Of a stretch of 64,000 nucleotides of DNA, positions 14,214 through 28,330 are shown piece after piece. The stretch lies in the NCBI GenBank assembly GCA_950097015.1, contig CATNEN010000033.1, forward strand, positions 3,162,001 to 3,226,000, written 5' to 3'. The DNA is from Macrostomum hystrix (Eukaryota > Animalia > Platyhelminthes). The number at the start of each line of letters is the position of its first letter. Position 1 is the stretch's first letter. The notes below the pieces were generated by a model. That model worked only from the letters and a program-made list of their open reading frames with translations, was not told the origin of the DNA and searched no databases. A program made the translations under genes and the position numbers.

Positions 14214-17200
14214 GGTGGCTAGTTGCTCGTTTCTGTTCCAGGCAATGAGATCGACGTCTCCGCTGCTTGATAAAGTCGTTTGGATAAAGTGCCATTGGGT
14301 GGGGATCTTTCTCTGCCGTCATTGGCTGCAAATGAGAATCAGGGTCGAGCAAGCGGTGCTAGGCCAAGGCGGATGCCAATAACGCCTGTTGCTTTTCATC
14401 AGGGACCATGGCTTTTGAGCAGCGCTCAGTTCCGCCCCACCGAGTCTGCTATAATCGGCTTTGAAAAAAGGAAGCTGTTTCGAATAAAGATTTGAAATCA
14501 AACACTTTCCTGCGTCTTCTGTGTTGCCAAGGGATGACAGGACTGCGCGAATAGGGCCCTGAGACAGTGGCATGTGGGACACGCAATCAGGGGATTAGGG
14601 ATGCATTAGGCTTTGCAATCTGGCCCTGAGCTGCACGGGTTCGACTGACTGAGCTGATGGGAATAATTCGGCAATTAAAAGTCTTCATCATTCACGGCTG
14701 ACGTTAGTTAATTAGAATATTTGCAAGGGACATTTTTAAAGGCCTTTGTGCATTTTTGTGACTTTTCCTACTTTTGACAGGTAATTAATGTAGAGCAACA
14801 ATCCATGCAAAGACATTTGACATTTTGCGATCGTGCCAGACACGTAAAGGCTAATCAGCCACGTCAATAACTGAATCAAGTTCTGATTCAGCCAAAGCAA
14901 AAAAGTTTTTCTTCATCACATTTTTTAAGTTTAAAAACTATCTGTCTTTTACATTTCTCCTGGCGGAGCTAGCTAATCATGAGTTAGCTTCAGAGATTGA
15001 GCAATTATAGGATACTGCAATTTGTGTCAATTTGTGTACTGCAATCCCCTAAGTCCATGGACTGTACAGATGTCACAGTCTTTAGATGTATATCGCGCAA
15101 AAGATGAGCTGTGCCGCTGGCTTTTGCATCTGGCCTACTGGGCGAAGTGCCATTTCTTCGTCTTTAACATGACAAAGATTGCAATTCGGTTCTAAATTAA
15201 ACTATTATAATTTGAATTATGTGGTTAAGAAATCGATACAATCTGAATTAGTGTTCTTGCCAGGTGCAAGATGAAGTACAGTCTCACGCTTAATTACAAG
15301 GTGAAATAACTCTTTCATTTCCAGCATTAAGGATCCCAATTGTGTGATTCCGAAAAGCAGTTATTGTGAAATCGTGCACCTGAAATGATTTCTACAGGAC
15401 TTGATCCACGGAGCAAAATTAGACAGAAAATAGAAAATATATAGATAATATATTTCAGACTATTTTTTTCAGAAGGTATGCCTGACAATAGATCAGCTAC
15501 AGTCATGTGAAATATCGTTCCCCGATATTTTAGGTGTCAGGAGCTCAACAGTTAAGAAAAGGAGATCTTAGATGCATTTGTTTCAGCAATAAATTGCGAC
15601 GGCGTCTCAAAATGCGCTGCTATATTGTACAATATGTAGCCAAACTTCAGGTATAAATGAAGGGGAACATATAAAATATGAGTTCTTTGAAAACATTGTG
15701 AATGGACTATATATCTATTGTTATTACTTCTATAATGGAGTAGCTAAAGCTACATCATATTTGCAAAGTACATAATTTATTTAAACTTGCCGAAGCTATA
15801 GGACTTGCAATTAGAAATTGAGCGGAGGACAGCACAGACTGACAGACAAGCAGGCAGACATAAAGAACATACAGAAAACCTTCATGGACAGGCGAACAGA
15901 CTGGCACATAAACACGGTAGCCGAAGCAATGCAAACGTTTTGTCGTTTAATATATTTAGGCTCCATTTTAAATTTTTGACGCCTGCTTCGCACTTTTATC
16001 GCATCACAAGAAGCGCACAAAAGAAGCCTAGCTATATTTCACTTTTTTCCCAGTGTCATGTATTAGTTTCTAAAATGTATCTAGAGAATGAATACGTAAT
16101 ATCTCTTGATTCTCTTTTTTTAGTGCGTTTAATTTATTTACACGGTTTAATAGACAATAGCACACCTAACATGGCTATAACCTATAAGCCTATATTAGCT
16201 ATTATATTTAGGGCCTATTAAGCTATAAAAGTATAGCTTAAAAGTATGCTCTAAAAGCACGGAACACTAGCACAAAATACGCATTAGTATGTTTCTTGCA
16301 CTAGGCCTAGGTGTATCTAGATTCTAGAGCAAATTATTAAATTGGCAAAAATTCAATTTAAATAATGCCTAGTGCCTAGTGTTCACTTCCTAAGACTTAA
16401 GCATTTGATAATTGTGTCAATTGCTGTTGTTTTTATATATATTTTGTTATTATCATTAGTCATATTATCAGATTGTACACACACATATTGCTGTTTTTTT
16501 TAATTCATTTTTTCACAATAGTAATTTAAATTAAAACTGCAAAAAATTGTAACATATATTTAGTAGCAGCAGGTAAGTAGCTAATGATAAACAAAGTAAA
16601 AAATATTTTTAAAAATTTTAAATTTTATATTTAAATTAAAAAAATGGAGTATTTGGATAGCAATAATGCAGAATTTAAGAGACTATGAAAACAAGTACAT
16701 GCTGCTAAAGAAAGTTAGCTAAATCATAGCTGTTTCTCAAGCCTTTGTCACCTATGCTTTGTAATTTGCCTGGATCTCTGTTAATTATAAATCTTCTAGA
16801 ATTATGTAGTTTGCCTCAAAATACTTGAAATGGATTAATCATATCTCTACCTTTTATTGACCTTATTTATATAGGCCTAACATTTTTTTCATATTTTTGT
16901 GTAAAACTGGATTTTACTGAGCAGAAGTAAATCATAAGCCAAATATACTTATACCTATACCTGACCCAGGCCCCTACTATTTATTTATTATACCCTTTAT
17001 TTCTCTTGCACTAATTTAATTGAATCTGATATATGTTTATTTACTTCTGATTTCAGCCTAATATTTTTGTCATATATCAATAGCTAGCTAGACTGCCTGA
17101 CTGATAGATAGTCTTACATTTTCTAAAGTCATGCAAAAAAGTTTTTTTGTACACTGATATACAGTTGATAGAATCTTCAACATGTACAAAGTTTTCAATT

Positions 17201-17662
17201 AGAATTTTTTAATAATATATTTAAATTTAAGTTTTTTTCAAAACCAAATTGCCAATAATATTTTATATGCTAACTTTTTTCATTTAATTCAAATTGAAAT
17301 TTCAAGCATATTTACTTATACAAAAAACCAAATAGCAAATAAATTAGGAACCCATTTTGAAATATTTTTTTAATTTAAAATGTAAAATGACTTTTTAATC
17401 TATTTACAGTTTGTGAATTTATTCACCGCACATGTGAGCAGTAAGTTTAATATGTTTACTTTAATTTTGTATTCCTTTATGGGCAGAAGGAAATAAAGCC
17501 AAGAAGGCCTGGATTCCAACTGTTTGGCAACAGTTTAGCAAACAGTTTCAGACACAGCCAGAAGCTGATCCCATGCTCTGTGTATGGGATCCTGAAGTTA
17601 AACAAGCTACTGAGGTGAACTCTGAAAATAAATGCTAGCAGCTTTCCAAATAAATTTTCCAG

Positions 17663-18442
17663 GCAGGCAAATCTGGTAAGGCTAGTAGGAGCAAGCGGCT
17701 GTCAGGCAAGGCTAGGCAGCCAGCTGCGGTGCCAGCTGTGGTGAAGGCCAGTTCCTGGCAGTTCTGGCTCATTAAGTCTGAGCCAGAGAGCCGTGTAGAG
17801 GCCAATGGCGAGGAAATGAAGTTCAGCCTCGACGACCTCGAACAGCAGCCCAACGGCACTGCTGTCTGGGATGGAGTGAGAAACTATCAGGCCAGGAATT
17901 TCCTGCGAGACAGCGTGCAGCCTGGCCAGCAGGCCTTCTTCTACCACAGCAACTGCAAGCAGCCCGCCATTGTGGGCATCGCCAGCATTGTCAGGTGGGT
18001 TAGAGATGTTTGAGTCGTTGTAGAAATGCTTGATTTGTTATAGAGACGTTTGACAAGGGTATCTGTAACATTAGAGGTGTTTTTTGAGAAGTGTTGAGTG
18101 ACCTCCCAGTGTGTCTAGACCCGCCGAACTCTCGCTGAACCCCGCAGCCGCGGCTATCCGGACCCGACCCAGTTCGACCGCAGCCGGGCCCATTTCGACC
18201 CCGCCTCCCAGCCGGCGAATCCGCGCTGGTTCGCTGTGGACGTGAAATTTGAAGCCCGCCTGCCACGGCCGCTGCCGCTGTCGGAGCTCCGCAGTCTCCA
18301 CGCGGCCCACCGCGGCTCCGGTGGCGCATTGCGCAACCTGGCACTGTGCACCTGTCCCAGACTGTCTGTGCAGCCTGTCAGCAGCGAGGAGTGGCAGTTT
18401 CTCACCGACCTGGCCGGTCTAAATGAGAAGGACAATGATTAG
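17663..18442 (+). CDS. THYN1: Thymocyte nuclear protein 1 (EVE domain), 5'-partial
   Basis: Exons 17663-17994 and 18148-18442, phase-2 intron. FWLIKSEPE...WDGVRNYQARNFL...FFYHSNCKQP and GYPDPTQFD...NPRWFAVDVKF...RLSVQPV match THYN1. The exon carrying the start codon was not identified. Confidence 0.92.
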
Positions 18443-19029
18443 CGTTCTTGTCTGACTAATCAATATGAACTGATGCAATCGTCAACCCGCTTTTATTACA
18501 AACTAAACTGTTTAGAAATAAAAAGCACTTATCTTTTCCGTCTACTCGTCAGTAGTGTACTTTGCATTTTGCTGGGTATTTTAGGCGCACAATTGTTCTT
18601 TAATCTGTACTCGTATTTCGTTAATACAACCATAATAAGGTCGCCATCTTTTCAAAGCGTTGAGATATTTAGAAAGAAAGTCCATTTCTTCACTTAGCGA
18701 TATCGCATTCAGTTACACCCATGCCAATCAGCACTGAATTGCAGTTTTTAGAGATATTAAGATTAAAAATTTCACCAGCTTTTCGACTACACGAGTCTGT
18801 GCCTAGACAGAGCTTCTGGACCTTCAACTGGTGGCACCAGCTGATTTAAGACAGACTTTGAGTTGCAAATTTCTCTTATCTCAATCATCAAGCCCTGGAT
18901 ATTGCACTTGGCCAGTTGAAGTCACAAAAAATAATCACAAAATAATATATTCGAAAAGTCGGTGTCCCTTGCCTGAGCAGTAGCTGCACACTGTCTGTCT
19001 GGCTGACGAGGCCTGCTTGCTGGGGCACT

Positions 19030-19645
19030 GAGCCGGGTTGACCGCCGTTAAAGCATCTTTTGCCACTCTTCGGCTCCTCTCGTCTATAGCCTCCTCGTCT
19101 ACCGCGGCTGCTGATGGTAGCGACTGTTGCAGCCAGGTCAGTCACCTGCTCCTGCATCTGCTCCACCCGGTCCACCATTTGGTTGCTAACCGAGTTCGCC
19201 GAGTTTCTCATCGCAAAGACGCCAACCGATCTTGAGAATCGAGAGCTGCAGCAGCAGCAGCAGCAAACAATTGTTCTAGCTGCGTTTCCTGTAGATACTC
19301 CCTTGCCATTAGATTCCCTCCAGTGCAGTGGCGCAGTCCGCCAGCTGTCCTGGCTGCGTTTGCTCCAATCGGACTCATTCAGCAACGCCTCTCGAATGTC
19401 CTTTGGCAGTAGGCCAACACTCGGTGGCACAATTCGCAGTCTTTTACCTCCTGAGAGCGAATCTACCTGTGTTCGGGGCGTGCCTTCCGGTACAGAAGCC
19501 TGAGGGCGAAGCACTGTTCCCTCAGCGATTCTCCATGCCGGCTTCCGGCTCTCAAACTCTGCCAGAAACTCGGCGCAGAAAAAGTTATCCTTACTACTGT
19601 AGAACTGGATCAGCTCGTCTTTGATGCTCTTGTAGCTGAGAGATA
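19030..19645 (-). mobile_element. Decayed LTR-retrotransposon gag relic
   Basis: Frame-shifted pieces read YKSIKDELIQFY...FLAEFESR / RHGESLREQCFALRLLYRKARPE / LLPKDIREALL / VEQMQEQVTDLAATV...KRCFNGGQPG (degenerate CxxCxxxxH zinc knuckle). This resembles a retrotransposon gag capsid plus nucleocapsid, with stops and frameshifts. Confidence 0.65.
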
Positions 19646-20181
19646 TTGCAGAGTTAAAACAGTCGTAACAAAGCTACAACGTACCAGTGCACAAGCACTC
19701 AATACTTACACTTCTAATGGATCAGTAAACAATCCTTAATCTTCTAATTACGCTTGCATTTCAAAGAATGCCAATGCAGTGACCCTACATGTCTGAATTT
19801 AACCTTGCCGTTGTCATTGTCGCAAACAAGTGCGAATAGCTTGTGAATCGCACACAGTACAGTAAATAGTAATTTTCCTATTATGTTCACATTTTTAGAT
19901 TACTTTGTTATCGCATTTGAGAAGCTTATTGTGCTGAGAACCTGGGAAGGGCACAGGGCAACAGGTCTAATCGCTTGATTCCACAGTGAAGTTCATCTCT
20001 TGAACGTATTTGGCACTCGATGGACTCTACGGCTGGCTGTACGCGATCCGGCCCTGTACACAATGTCGTCATCGGCCTCCGTTCAGTTGGCGTGCTAAAT
20101 TTAGCACTACTAACACTGTCCTGCCAAAATCGGTAATAGCGATCTCGCGGATTCCCGGGTCCGTGGTCGGACACCTCATTG

Positions 20182-20253
20182 TATAAAAATAGCTATAACT
20201 GCACGAAGCTTCCCGCCATCGAGTACAGGCGCTAAATATAGCTGCATGACTCA
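20182..20253 (+). promoter_or_regulatory. TATA box (TATAAAA, 20182-20188) and consensus AP-1/TRE site (TGACTCA, 20247-20253) upstream of the fos-like ATG
   Basis: Exact motif matches 110 and 45 bp upstream of the ATG at 20292. Confidence 0.55.
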
Positions 20254-20291
20254 GCTAGTAGGCTATATTAACAGGCAGGGAGTCCTGGCAC

Positions 20292-21244
20292 ATGGCCCAG
20301 CTATCGAGTAACGCAAGCGACAAGCCCAAGCGAACTAGGAAATCCCGAACTCAGCAGCAGCAGTAAGTAAAATGGTGAAGAGTCTGAAATTCCTCCGGCA
20401 CCGCCGCACAGAAGCTGGCTACTTCAGCGAGTTTCTCATCGCAAAGACCCCAACCGATCTTGAGAATCGAGAGCCGCAGCAGCAGCAGCAAACAATTGTT
20501 CTAGCTGCGTTTCCTGGCATCGGCTTGCCCACAGTTCAGCAACAGCAGCAGCAGCAGCAGCAGCTAACTGGGGCGTCTATAGTTGTGGATCCTCTAACCT
20601 GGCCAGTTAGGCAGGAGATTGTCATTTCTTCTGCTTCCCAGCAGCAGCAGCCGGCCCCTTCTCAGCCGCGCACCGCCAGCCTGGATTCCTACCGTTTGGC
20701 CAGACGCCGGGAACGCAACCGCGCCGCCGCTGCCAAATGTCGCCAGCGTCGTCAGGACCGGCTGGAAAGCCTGGCCGACTGCGTGCGCGAGCTTGAAGCC
20801 GCCAACGGTGACCTGGAGGCGGAGGTGGCTCAGCTGGCCGCGGCCAGGGCCCAGCTGGAGGCTCAGATGCGGGCACACCGGGCCCGCGAATGCCGACTGG
20901 CCGACTCCGAAGCTGCCGCTGCCGCCTCCGCTGCCGCAGCCGCCTCGATGGAAGACGAAGAAGACGCCTCCCAGCTGTCGACGTCCCCGTCGTCTCCGTC
21001 GTCCGTCTGGCTGGCGCCGCCGCCGACGCCGCTGCCGCAGACTTTGGCCGGTTCTGGAGGCAGCTTCCGCCGACCTGCCAGTCTGTCCCTGCAGAGTGTC
21101 GGACCGTCAGCTGACAACGCGGCCGTCAACTTGCCGTCGTTGATCACGCCCAGCGGCGAAGTCGGCATCGCATGCGGCAGCGGCCTGACGCCGTTCCTGC
21201 TGACGCCACAGTCGGCCTTCAAGCTGGAGGCGATGCAGTTTTGA
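20292..21244 (+). CDS. fos: Fos/ATF3-family bZIP transcription factor, 295 aa, 2 exons
   Basis: Exons 20292-20362 and 20428-21244 (65-bp phase-2 intron, CA|gtaagt ... ttcag|C). Basic region RRRERNRAAAAKCRQRR, five-heptad leucine zipper and the Fos-type AHRxxxC motif after the zipper. Confidence 0.88.
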
Positions 21245-21964
21245 AAACTGTCAGATCACGCGCTTCTATTTTCAGATAGATTGTCATTTTCTCAGTTGTT
21301 TTTCGCTCTGGCTTCGTCAGTGTTTAACTGGTCTGCATGAAGCACATGCGGCATTTACGCAAAACTCAACCGATTTGTTCTGTGTTAAAACGAAACAGAT
21401 CTAGCAGTTCTATCTACTGGATCTCGAATTATTGCACTGAAATATTTTTTACTGCGATCTATTTTGTTTTACTTGTTCAAATACATGTAGAAAATTCAAT
21501 ACTTTGATGAAATTTACTCCGCATAAATGATTTCAATGCGTCTCAATATTTCAATACAGTGTTTTACAATCAGTTTTTCTTGCCAGTGTGACGTTAACGT
21601 CTGTTTACACTGGTAGCCAAAATCTTCAGCGGCAATTCTTGGGTGCTGCTATTTTTAGGCGTATCTGCGTCACATCGCTGCACTTGTATGTGAAACTTGC
21701 ACTGTACACTGACGCTATCGCTCTGGACTTTCCATAACCTCACTCGACCAGCGAAACATTGTGAGGAGGATTGCACTCTGCTCTTTCCACTCTCTACCCC
21801 TGTTCTCCCCCGCACTCGCCAATTCTCTTTGCCTTTCCTTTTCTGACTACTACAAGCAAGCTTGTAGGGAAAAATAAGTAAGTCTATCTTCAAACTGAAA
21901 GCGAATGCAAATAAGAACAAATTTCGCAATACAGTTCAGCTACCAAAACTCAGGAAACCTCATT

Positions 21965-24900
21965 ACTTCCCAGGATACCTCATCACCTACGAGGATACCT
22001 CATGACCTCCCAGGATACCTCATCACCTCCGAGGATACCTCATGACCTTCCAGGATACCTCATACCTCATCACCTCCCAGGATACTTCATCAACTCCCAG
22101 GATACCTCATCAACTCCCAGGATACTCCATCAACTCCCAGGATACCTCATCAACTCCCAGGATACCTTATCAACTCCCAGGATACCTTATCAACTCCCAG
22201 GATACCTCATCACCTCCCAGGATACTTCATCAACTCCCAGGATACCTCATCAACTCCCAGGATACCTTATCAACTCCCAGGATACCTCATCACCTCCCAG
22301 GATACCTCATCAACTCCCAGGATACCTTATCAACTCCCAGGATACCTTATCAACTCCCAGGATACCTCATCACCTCCCAGGATACCTTATCAACTCCCAG
22401 GATATCTCATCAACTCCCAGGATACCTCATCAACTCCCAGGATACCTCATTAACTCCCAGGATACCTCATTAACTCCCAGGATACCTCATTAACTCCCAG
22501 AATACCTCATCAACTCCCAGGATACCTCATCAACTCCCAGGATACCTCATCAACTCCCAGGATACCTCATCAACTCCCAGGATACCTCATCACCTCCGAG
22601 GATACCTCATTAACTCCCAGGATACTTCATCAACTCCCAGGATACCTCATTAACTCCCAGAATACCTCATCAACTCCCAGGATACCTCATCAACTCCCAG
22701 GATACCTCATCAACTCCCAGGATACCTCATCAACTCCCAGGATACCTCATTAACTCCCAGAATACCTCATCAACTCCCAGGATACCTTATCAACTCCCAG
22801 GATATCTCATCAACTCCAGGATACCTCATCAACTCCCAGGATACCTCATTACTCCCAGTCAACTCCCAGGATACCTCATCAACTCCCAGGATACCTCATC
22901 AACTCCCAGGATACCTCATCAACTCCCAGGATACCTCATTAACTCCCAGAATACCTCATCAACTCCCAGGATACCTTATCAACTCCCAGGATATCTCATC
23001 AACTCCCAGGATACCTCATCAACTCCCAGGATACCTCATTAACTCCCAGGATACCTCATCAACTCCCAGGATACCTCATCAACTCCCAGGATACCTCATC
23101 AACTCCCAGGATACCTCATTAACTCCAAGGATACCTCATCATCTCCGAGGATACCTCATACCTCATCACCTCCGAGGATACCTCATACCTCATCACCTCC
23201 CAGGATACTTCATCAACTCCCAGGATACCTCATTAACTCCCAGAATACCTCATCACCTTCCAGGATACCTCATCAACTCCCAGGATACCTCATCAACTCC
23301 CAGGATACCTCATCAACTCCCAGGATACCTCATCAACTCCCAGGATACCTCATCAACTCCCAGGATACCTCATCAACTCCCAGGATACCTTCATAACCTC
23401 CAAGGATACCTCATCATCTCCGAGGATACCTCATACCTCATCACCTCCCAGGATACCTCATCAACTCCCAGGATACCTCATCAACTCCCAGGATACTTCA
23501 TCAACTCCCAGGATACCTCATCAACTCCCAGGATACCTCATCAACTCCCAGGATACCTCATTAACTCCCAGGGTACTTCATCAACTCCCAGGATACCTCA
23601 TCAACTCCCAGGATACCTCATCAACTCCCAGGATACCTCATCAACTCCCAGGATACCTTCATCAACTCCCAGGATACCTCATTAACTCCCAGAATACCTC
23701 ATCAACTCCCAGGATACCTTCATCACCTCCGAGGATACCTCATACCTCATCACCTCCCAGGATACTTCATCAACTCCCAGGATACCTCATTCAACTCCAG
23801 AATACCTCATCAACTCCCAGGATACCTCATCAACTCCAGGATACCTCATTCAACTCCCAGGATACCTCATCAACTCCCAGGATACCTCATTAACTCCCAG
23901 AATACCTCATCAACTTCCCAGGATACCTATCAACTCCCAGGATATCTCATCAACTCCCAGGATACCTCATTAACTCCCAGGATACCTCATCAACTCCCAG
24001 GATACCTCATCAACTCCCAGGATACCTCATCAACTCCCAGGATACCTCATTAACTCCCAGGATACCTCATCAACTCCAAGGATACCTCATCACCTCCGAG
24101 GATACCTCATACCTCATCACCTCCGAGGATACCTCATACCTCATCACCTCCCAGGATACCTTCATCAACTCCCAGGATACCTCATTAACTCCCAGAATAC
24201 CTCATCACCTTCCAGGATACCTCATCAACTCCCAGGATACCTCATCAACTCCCAGGATACCTCATCAACTCCCAGGATACCTCATCAACTCCCAGGATAC
24301 CTCATCAACTCCCAGGATACCTCATCAACTCCCAGGATACCTCATTAACTCCAAGGATACCTCATCATCTCCGAGGATACCTCATACCTCATCACCTCCC
24401 AGGATACTTCATCAACTCCCAGAAACCTCATCAACTCCCAGGATACTTCATCAACTCCCAGGATACCTCATCAACTCCCAGGATACCTCATCAACTCCCA
24501 GGATACCTCATTAACTCCCAGGGTACTTCATCAACTCCCAGGATACCTCATCAACTCCCAGGATACCTCATCAACTCCCAGGATACCTCATCAACTCCCA
24601 GGATACTTCATCAACTCCCAGGATACCTCATTAACTCCCAGAATACCTCATTAACTCCCAGGATACTTCATCACCTCCGAGGATACCTCATACCTCATCA
24701 CCTCCCAGGATACTTCATCAACTCCCAGGATACCTCATCAACTCCCAGGATACCTCATCAACTCCCAGGATACCTCATCAACTCCCAGGATACCTCATTA
24801 ACTCCCAGGATACTTCATCACCTCCGAGGATACCTCATACCTCATCACCTCCCAGGATACTTCATCAACTCCCAGGATACCTCATTAACTCCCAGAATAC

Positions 24901-27900
24901 CTCATCACCTTCCAGGATACCTCATCAACTCCCAGGATACCTCATCAACTCCCAGGATACCTCATAACTCCCAGGATACCTCATCAACTCCCAGGATACC
25001 TCATCAACTCCCAGGATACCTCATCAACTCCCAGGATACCTCATTAACTCCCAGGATACCTCATCAACTCCCAGGATACCTCATCACCTCCGAGGATACC
25101 TCATACCTCATCACCTCCGAGGATACCTCATACCTCATCACCTCCCAGGATACCTCATCAACTCCCAGGATACCTCATTAACTCCCAGAATACCTCATCA
25201 CCTTCCAGGATACCTCATCAACTCCCAGGATACCTCATTAACTCCCAGGATACCTCATCAACTCCCAGGATACCTCATTAACTCCCAGGATACCTCATCA
25301 ACTCCCAGGATACCTCATCAACTCCCAGGATACATCATCAACTCCCAGGATACCTCATTAACTCCCAGGATACCTCATCAACTCCCAGGATACCTCATCA
25401 CCTCCGAGGATACCTCATACCTCATCACCTCCGAGGATACCTCATACCTCATCACCTCCCAGGATACCTTCATCAACTCCCAGGATACCTCATTAACTCC
25501 CAGAATACCTCATCACCTTCCAGGATACCTCATCAACTCCCAGGATACCTCATCAACTCCCAGGATACCTCATCAACTCCCAGGATACCTCATCAACTCC
25601 CAGGATACCTCATCAACTCCCAGGATACCTCATTAACTCCAAGGATACCTCATCATCTCCGAGGATACCTCATACCTCATCACCTCCCAGGATACTTCAT
25701 CAACTCCCAGAAACCTCATCAACTCCCAGGATACTTCATCAACTCCCAGGATACCTCATCAACTCCCAGGATACCTCATCAACTCCCAGGATACCTCATT
25801 AACTCCCAGGGTACTTCATCAACTCCCAGGATACCTCATCAACTCCCAGGATACCTCATCAACTCCCAGGATACCTCATCAACTCCCAGGATACTTCATC
25901 AACTCCCAGGATACCTCATTAACTCCCAGAATACCTCATTAACTCCCAGGATACTTCATCACCTCCGAGGATACCTCATACCTCATCACCTCCCAGGATA
26001 CTTCATCAACTCCCAGGATACCTCATCAACTCCCAGGATACCTCATCAACTCCCAGGATACCTCATCAACTCCCAGGATACCTCATTAACTCCCAGGATA
26101 CTTCATCACCTCCGAGGATACCTCATACCTCATCACCTCCCAGGATACTTCATCAACTCCCAGGATACCTCATTAACTCCCAGAATACCTCATCACCTTC
26201 CAGGATACCTCATCAACTCCCAGGATACCTCATCAACTCCCAGGATACCTCATTAACTCCCAGGATACCTCATCAACTCCCAGGATACCTCATCAACTCC
26301 CAGGATACCTCATCAACTCCCAGGATACCTCATTAACTCCCAGGATACCTCATCAACTCCCAGGATACCTCATCACCTCCGAGGATACCTCATACCTCAT
26401 CACCTCCGAGGATACCTCATACCTCATCACCTCCCAGGATACCTCATCAACTCCCAGGATACCTCATTAACTCCCAGAATACCTCATCACCTTCCAGGAT
26501 ACCTCATCAACTCCCAGGATACCTCATCAACTCCCAGGATACCTCATCAACTCCCAGGATACCTCATCAACTCCCAGGATACCTCATCAACTCCCAGGAT
26601 ACCTCATCAACTCCCAGGATACCTCATTAACTCCAAGGATACCTCATCATCTCCGAGGATACCTCATACCTCATCACCTCCCAGGATACTTCATCAACTC
26701 CCAGAAACCTCATCAACTCCCAGGATACTTCATCAACTCCCAGGATACCTCATCAACTCCCAGGATACCTCATCAACTCCCAGGATACCTCATTAACTCC
26801 CAGGGTACTTCATCAACTCCCAGGATACCTCATCAACTCCCAGGATACCTCATCAACTCCCAGGATACCTCATCAACTCCCAGGATACTTCATCAACTCC
26901 CAGGATACCTCATTAACTCCCAGAATACCTCATTAACTCCCAGGATACTTCATCACCTCCGAGGATACCTCATACCTCATCACCTCCCAGGATACTTCAT
27001 CAACTCCCAGGATACCTCATCAACTCCCAGGATACCTCATCAACTCCCAGGATACCTCATCAACTCCCAGGATACCTCATTAACTCCCAGGATACTTCAT
27101 CACCTCCGAGGATACCTCATACCTCATCACCTCCCAGGATACTTCATCAACTCCCAGGATACCTCATTAACTCCCAGAATACCTCATCACCTTCCAGGAT
27201 ACCTCATCAACTCCCAGGATACCTCATCAACTCCCAGGATACCTCATTAACTCCCAGGATACCTCATCAACTCCCAGGATACCTCATCAACTCCCAGGAT
27301 ACCTCATCAACTCCCAGGATACCTCATTAACTCCCAGGATACCTCATCAACTCCCAGGATACCTCATCACCTCCGAGGATACCTCATACCTCATCACCTC
27401 CGAGGATACCTCATACCTCATCACCTCCCAGGATACCTCATCAACTCCCAGGATACCTCATTAACTCCCAGAATACCTCATCACCTTCCAGGATACCTCA
27501 TCAACTCCCAGGATACCTCATTAACTCCCAGGATACCTCATCAACTCCCAGGATACCTCATTAACTCCCAGGATACCTCATCAACTCCCAGGATACCTCA
27601 TCAACTCCCAGGATACATCATCAACTCCCAGGATACCTCATTAACTCCCAGGATACCTCATCAACTCCCAGGATACCTCATCACCTCCGAGGATACCTCA
27701 TACCTCATCACCTCCGAGGATACCTCATACCTCATCACCTCCCAGGATACTTCATCAACTCCCAGGATACCTCATTAACTCCCAGAATACCTCATCACCT
27801 TCCAGGATACCTCATCAACTCCCAGGATACCTCATCAACTCCCAGGATACCTCATCAACTCCCAGGATACCTCATCAACTCCCAGGATACCTCATTAACT

Positions 27901-28027
27901 CCCAGAATACCTCATCACCTTCCAGGATACCTCATCACCTCCCAGGATACCTCATCAACTCCCAGGATACCTCATCAACTCCCAGGATACCTCATCACCT
28001 CCCAAGAAACCTAATCACCTCCCAGGA
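21965..28027. repeat. 20-bp satellite array (AACTCCCAGGATACCTCATC)n, about 300 copies with higher-order blocks
   Basis: Read directly from the sequence. Intergenic, between the two bZIP genes. Confidence 0.98.
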
Positions 28028-28330
28028 AAGGTAGACTCAACAACTTTTACAAAACCTTCCATAAATTTGTGAAATTCGATAAATATATACTTTTTTCATT
28101 ACTTTATCCTTCGCCAGTATTCTGTCATGTCTATTTATAAACTAATACTAAGAAAATAAGACATTAAACAAAAGAACGAAGTACAATGAGTTGCAGAGAA
28201 TTTTAGACTAACGCATAACTTCATTGGTCATGGCATTATTATTGCCGGCGATAAATTTACGAGTTTATGCAAAATTTTCTGACTAACAATCCTATCTTTT
28301 ATTGTAAGGCCTTTCATAAACATTCGCAAT

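Noticed and set aside
14580-14650. tRNA-like B box (GGTTCGACT)
   Set aside because: No cloverleaf or convincing A box at the right spacing.
15616-15654. Candidate first coding exon of THYN1 (MRCYIVQYVAKLQ|gtataa, phase 0)
   Set aside because: Phase-compatible but not THYN1-like, and other candidates (near 17575-17618, donor at 16573) fit equally well.
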